A stretch of DNA of 64,000 nucleotides, from contig CAWBNQ010000003.1 of assembly GCA_963790205.1 (NCBI GenBank), positions 416,001 through 480,000 on the forward strand, in the 5' to 3' direction. The notes beneath the pieces were generated by a model. It had not been told where the DNA came from, made no database searches, and saw nothing but the letters and a program-made list of their open reading frames with translations. A program made the position numbers and the translations under genes. This document shows positions 61,193 through 64,000 of this stretch, one piece after another. Source of the DNA: Nitrospirota bacterium. GTDB lineage: Bacteria; Nitrospirota; UBA9217. Numbering within the stretch: position 1 is the first letter of the stretch; every line of letters starts with the position of its first letter.

Positions 61193-61928
61193 GCGCATAA
61201 AGGCCGATTTGCACGTGCATACCTGTCTGTCACCCTGCGCCGGCCTCGATATGTCGCCCCGTGAAGTCGTGAATGCGGCCGTCCAAAAGGGCCTCGATCT
61301 GATCGGCGTGTGCGACCATAACTCGGCGGAAAACGTTCTGGCTGTCAAGAAGGCGGGCGCGCGAAACGGGCTGATGGTGCTCGGCGGGATAGAAGTCGCC
61401 TCTGCGGAAGAAGCGCACCTCCTGGCGTTCTTTGACGATGACGACGACCTCCTGCATTTCCAGGAGTTTATTTACCGGCATTTGGCGGGCAGGAATGATG
61501 AGCATAGCTTCGGGTTGCAGGTGATCGCGGACGATGAGGACGGGGTCACGGGATTTTGCGATCGGCTTCTGATCGGGGCGACATCGCTTCCGGCCGAAAA
61601 AATCGTCGAAGCTGCCCGTGCGGCAAAGGGTAGAAGTCTCGTGATCGCGGCGCATGTGGACCGGGAGGCGTTCAGCATCATTGGGCAGCTTGGGTTCATT
61701 CCTTCCGGTCTCGCCCTGGACGGAGTAGAGGTATCTCAGCACACGACCTGTGCTGACGCAAGGGAACGGTTTCCCGATTGTAAGAACTATCCGGTCATCA
61801 CCGGTTCGGATGCTCACTGTCCGGAGGACATTGGTAACCGTTTTATCTGGTTAACGATAGAAGACGGGACGGCAGCGGAGATACAAAAGGCCCTGACCGG
61901 CAGCGACGGTCGGAAGGCGGACTGCTGA
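61182..61928 (+). CDS. PHP-family phosphoesterase
   Basis: DLHVHTCLSPC, DHN, AAHVDR, GSDAH. Confidence 0.88.
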   Translation: MALRRIKADLHVHTCLSPCAGLDMSPREVVNAAVQKGLDLIGVCDHNSAENVLAVKKAGARNGLMVLGGIEVASAEEAHLLAFFDDDDDLLHFQEFIYRHLAGRNDEHSFGLQVIADDEDGVTGFCDRLLIGATSLPAEKIVEAARAAKGRSLVIAAHVDREAFSIIGQLGFIPSGLALDGVEVSQHTTCADARERFPDCKNYPVITGSDAHCPEDIGNRFIWLTIEDGTAAEIQKALTGSDGRKADC

Positions 61929-61932
61929 GGCT

Positions 61933-62469
61933 GTGGAAGATATTTCGCTGCATATCCTCGATATCGCCGAAAACTCGATACGAGCGCAGGCCACGAGGAT
62001 AGAGATAATCCTGACCAGGGATGTAAAGAACGATCTTTTCCGCGTGGAAGTCATAGATGACGGCAGGGGAATGGATCCTGAAACCCTCGCCATGGTACGT
62101 GACCCTTTCTTTACGACCAAGGGGAAGAAGACCGGTTTGGGCATCCCACTTCTGGCACAGGTCGCTGAACAGGCGGGCGGGAGCATACGTATAGATTCCG
62201 CTCCGGGCAAGGGCACACGGGTGTCGGTTACCTTCCAATTGAACCACGTGGACCGGCCCGCGATCGGCAGCATGGCCGACACGATGCTCACGCTGATAGC
62301 AGGCCACCCGGACCTCGATTATGTGTACGAAGAGCGGGAGGATGGAAGGGTCTTCCGGTTCGATACCCGGGAAATAAGGAACGATCTTGAAGACGTGCCG
62401 ATCAACACCCCTGAAGCGCTCACCGCAATTCGGGGCATGCTCAAAGAACAGATAAAATTTGAAATGTGA
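61933..62469 (+). CDS. Stand-alone histidine-kinase-like ATPase
   Basis: SLHILDIAENS, DDGRGM, DPFFTT, GLGIP, HVDRP. Confidence 0.85.
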   Translation: MEDISLHILDIAENSIRAQATRIEIILTRDVKNDLFRVEVIDDGRGMDPETLAMVRDPFFTTKGKKTGLGIPLLAQVAEQAGGSIRIDSAPGKGTRVSVTFQLNHVDRPAIGSMADTMLTLIAGHPDLDYVYEEREDGRVFRFDTREIRNDLEDVPINTPEALTAIRGMLKEQIKFEM

Positions 62470-62494
62470 AATTTCAAATGCCAAGAGGTAAACG

Positions 62495-63004
62495 ATGAGT
62501 AACGAAGCGGTTGCACAGCATACAGACACAAGCAACGAGTTCATAACGCCTGAGATGTACCGGAAAATCGACGACATCGTTGCGAAGTACAAGGACAAGC
62601 CCGGTTCGCTTATCCCGGTGCTCCAGCAGGCGCAGGACGTATGCGGCTATCTGCCGCATGCCGTTCAGCGGTATGTCGCCAAGGGGCTCATGATGTCGCC
62701 GAGCGTGGTTTTCGGCGTCGCCACCTTCTACTCGTTCTTCACGCTCGTGCCGCGCGGCAAGCACGTCATCCGCGTCTGTCTCGGCACGGCCTGCTACGTG
62801 AAGCGGAGCGAGGAGATTCTCGATAAGATCAAGGACGAATTGGAGCTCGAAGTCGGCGAGGTCACCCGGGACAAGAAGTACTCCCTCGAGGCCGTGCGGT
62901 GCCTCGGCGCCTGCGGTCTTGCGCCGGTCGTGGTGGTGGGACAGGACACCTATGGCGACGTGGCTGCGACGAAGGTGATGGACATCATCAAAAAATACGA
63001 GTAA
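62495..63004 (+). CDS. nuoE: NuoE/HydC-like [2Fe-2S] subunit
   Basis: LIPVLQQAQ, VATFYSFF, CLGTAC, CLGACGLAP. Confidence 0.88.
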   Translation: MSNEAVAQHTDTSNEFITPEMYRKIDDIVAKYKDKPGSLIPVLQQAQDVCGYLPHAVQRYVAKGLMMSPSVVFGVATFYSFFTLVPRGKHVIRVCLGTACYVKRSEEILDKIKDELELEVGEVTRDKKYSLEAVRCLGACGLAPVVVVGQDTYGDVAATKVMDIIKKYE

Positions 63005-63090
63005 GACAATTTCGAAATGCGAAATTCTAAATAATATCGAAACAAACGAAACGTTTAGGATTTCGATATTCGAATTTAGGATTTCCCCTC
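63005..63090. repeat. Heptamer repeats in inverted arms
   Basis: TTCGAAA/TGCGAAA/TTCTAAA versus TTTAGGA/TTTCGAT/ATTCGAA. Confidence 0.6.
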
Positions 63091-63100
63091 TGGGGGGTAT

Positions 63101-63478
63101 ATGGCAAAGCTGACGATCGCCGATTTAAAAAAGATTAAGGAAGACTATCACCAAGGGCTTCGCGAAGGCGGGTTCCGGGTCAAGATTACCATTCATATGG
63201 GGACGTGCGGGATCGCAGCAGGCGCCCGGCCCATCATGAACACGGTCATGGAAGAGCTGGCCAAGTCGAAGCTCAAGGACGTTGCGATCACCACCTCCGG
63301 CTGCGCGGGGCTCTGCAGCAAAGAGCCGATGGCCACCATCGAACTCGCAGGCGGGCCGCCGGTGAAATATATTTCGTTGACAGCGGAGAAGATGCAAAAG
63401 ATCTTTGCCGAGCATGTGGTGGCCGGCAACCCGGTCAAGGAGTACGCCCTGGTTGTTGGGCATGAGACGACCTACTGA
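63101..63478 (+). CDS. Thioredoxin-like ferredoxin (HydD/HndB-like)
   Basis: MGTCGIAAGAR, SGCAGLCSKEP. Confidence 0.85.
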   Translation: MAKLTIADLKKIKEDYHQGLREGGFRVKITIHMGTCGIAAGARPIMNTVMEELAKSKLKDVAITTSGCAGLCSKEPMATIELAGGPPVKYISLTAEKMQKIFAEHVVAGNPVKEYALVVGHETTY

Positions 63479-63540
63479 CAAATTCGGTTTAAACTGTTTG
63501 AACCGTTCAAACAGTTTAAACGTTAAACGGGGTAGATAAC

Positions 63541-64000
63541 GTGGAAACTACGAATTACCGTTCAAACATAATGATCTGCGCGGGCACGGGCTGCGTGGCA
63601 AACGGGTCCCTCAAGGTCAAGGACGCGCTCGAGACCGAGCTCATCAAGCGCAACCTCCAGAACGAGATCAAGATCGTACTGACCGGGTGCAACGGGTTCT
63701 GCGCCAAGGGCCCGGTCATGGTGGTCTATCCCGAGGACATCTTCTATCAGCAGGTGAAGCCAGAAGACGTGCCTCATCTCGTTGAAGAGCACTTCATCAA
63801 GGGGCGGCCGGTGCAGAAATTCCTCTACACGCCGCCGGCGCAGAAAGACGCCATCCCGGTGATGAACGAGATCCCGTTCTTCAAGCACCAGGTGCTCCGG
63901 GCCCTCAGGAACCGTAGCCTCATCGACGCGGAGAAGATCGAGGAGTATATCGCCCGCGACGGCTATATGGCCGCGGCCAAGGCGCTCACCGAGATGACGC
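63541..64000 (+). CDS. nuoF: HydB/HndC-type long NuoF, 3'-partial
   Basis: Frame from GTG 63541 open to window end: ICAGTGC, TGCNGFCAKGP, IPFFKHQ..ALRN..IDAEKIEEYIARDGY. Confidence 0.85.
   Translation, partial: METTNYRSNIMICAGTGCVANGSLKVKDALETELIKRNLQNEIKIVLTGCNGFCAKGPVMVVYPEDIFYQQVKPEDVPHLVEEHFIKGRPVQKFLYTPPAQKDAIPVMNEIPFFKHQVLRALRNRSLIDAEKIEEYIARDGYMAAAKALTEMT

Overview
Bacterial chromosomal window, mostly GC-rich; gene content suggests an anaerobic or microaerobic Nitrospirota/Desulfobacterota-like diazotroph (inference). Left to right: amtB-ntrB-ntrC nitrogen-regulation locus; an accessory region (about 4.1-25 kb) with a c-type cytochrome, an inverted duplication of a sigma54-driven two-gene membrane-protein operon, DUF4388/PilT/PilZ signalling genes, a CLC channel, a patch of pseudogenes, attC-like scars and redox genes; a Mo-nitrogenase cluster (nifHDK-tauE-nifEN-nifX-nifI1I2-fdxB-GNAT, yeeE/yedE pair, nifB-hesA); a UGA-interrupted, probably selenocysteine, peroxiredoxin; a plant-type thrC-CGS pair; a toxin-antitoxin cassette with attC sites; htpG, a triheme cytochrome and hrpB. 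At the right end nuoABCD is followed by a DRTGG/CBS-kinase/PHP/HATPase cassette and HydC/HydD/HydB-type genes, suggesting a hybrid respiratory complex (runs off the window). Short palindromic and 6-9-mer repeats fill many intergenic gaps and sit in frame inside nifEN at four places. No rRNA, tRNA, CRISPR array, integrase or transposase was recognised. All calls come from reading motifs by eye; no searches were run.
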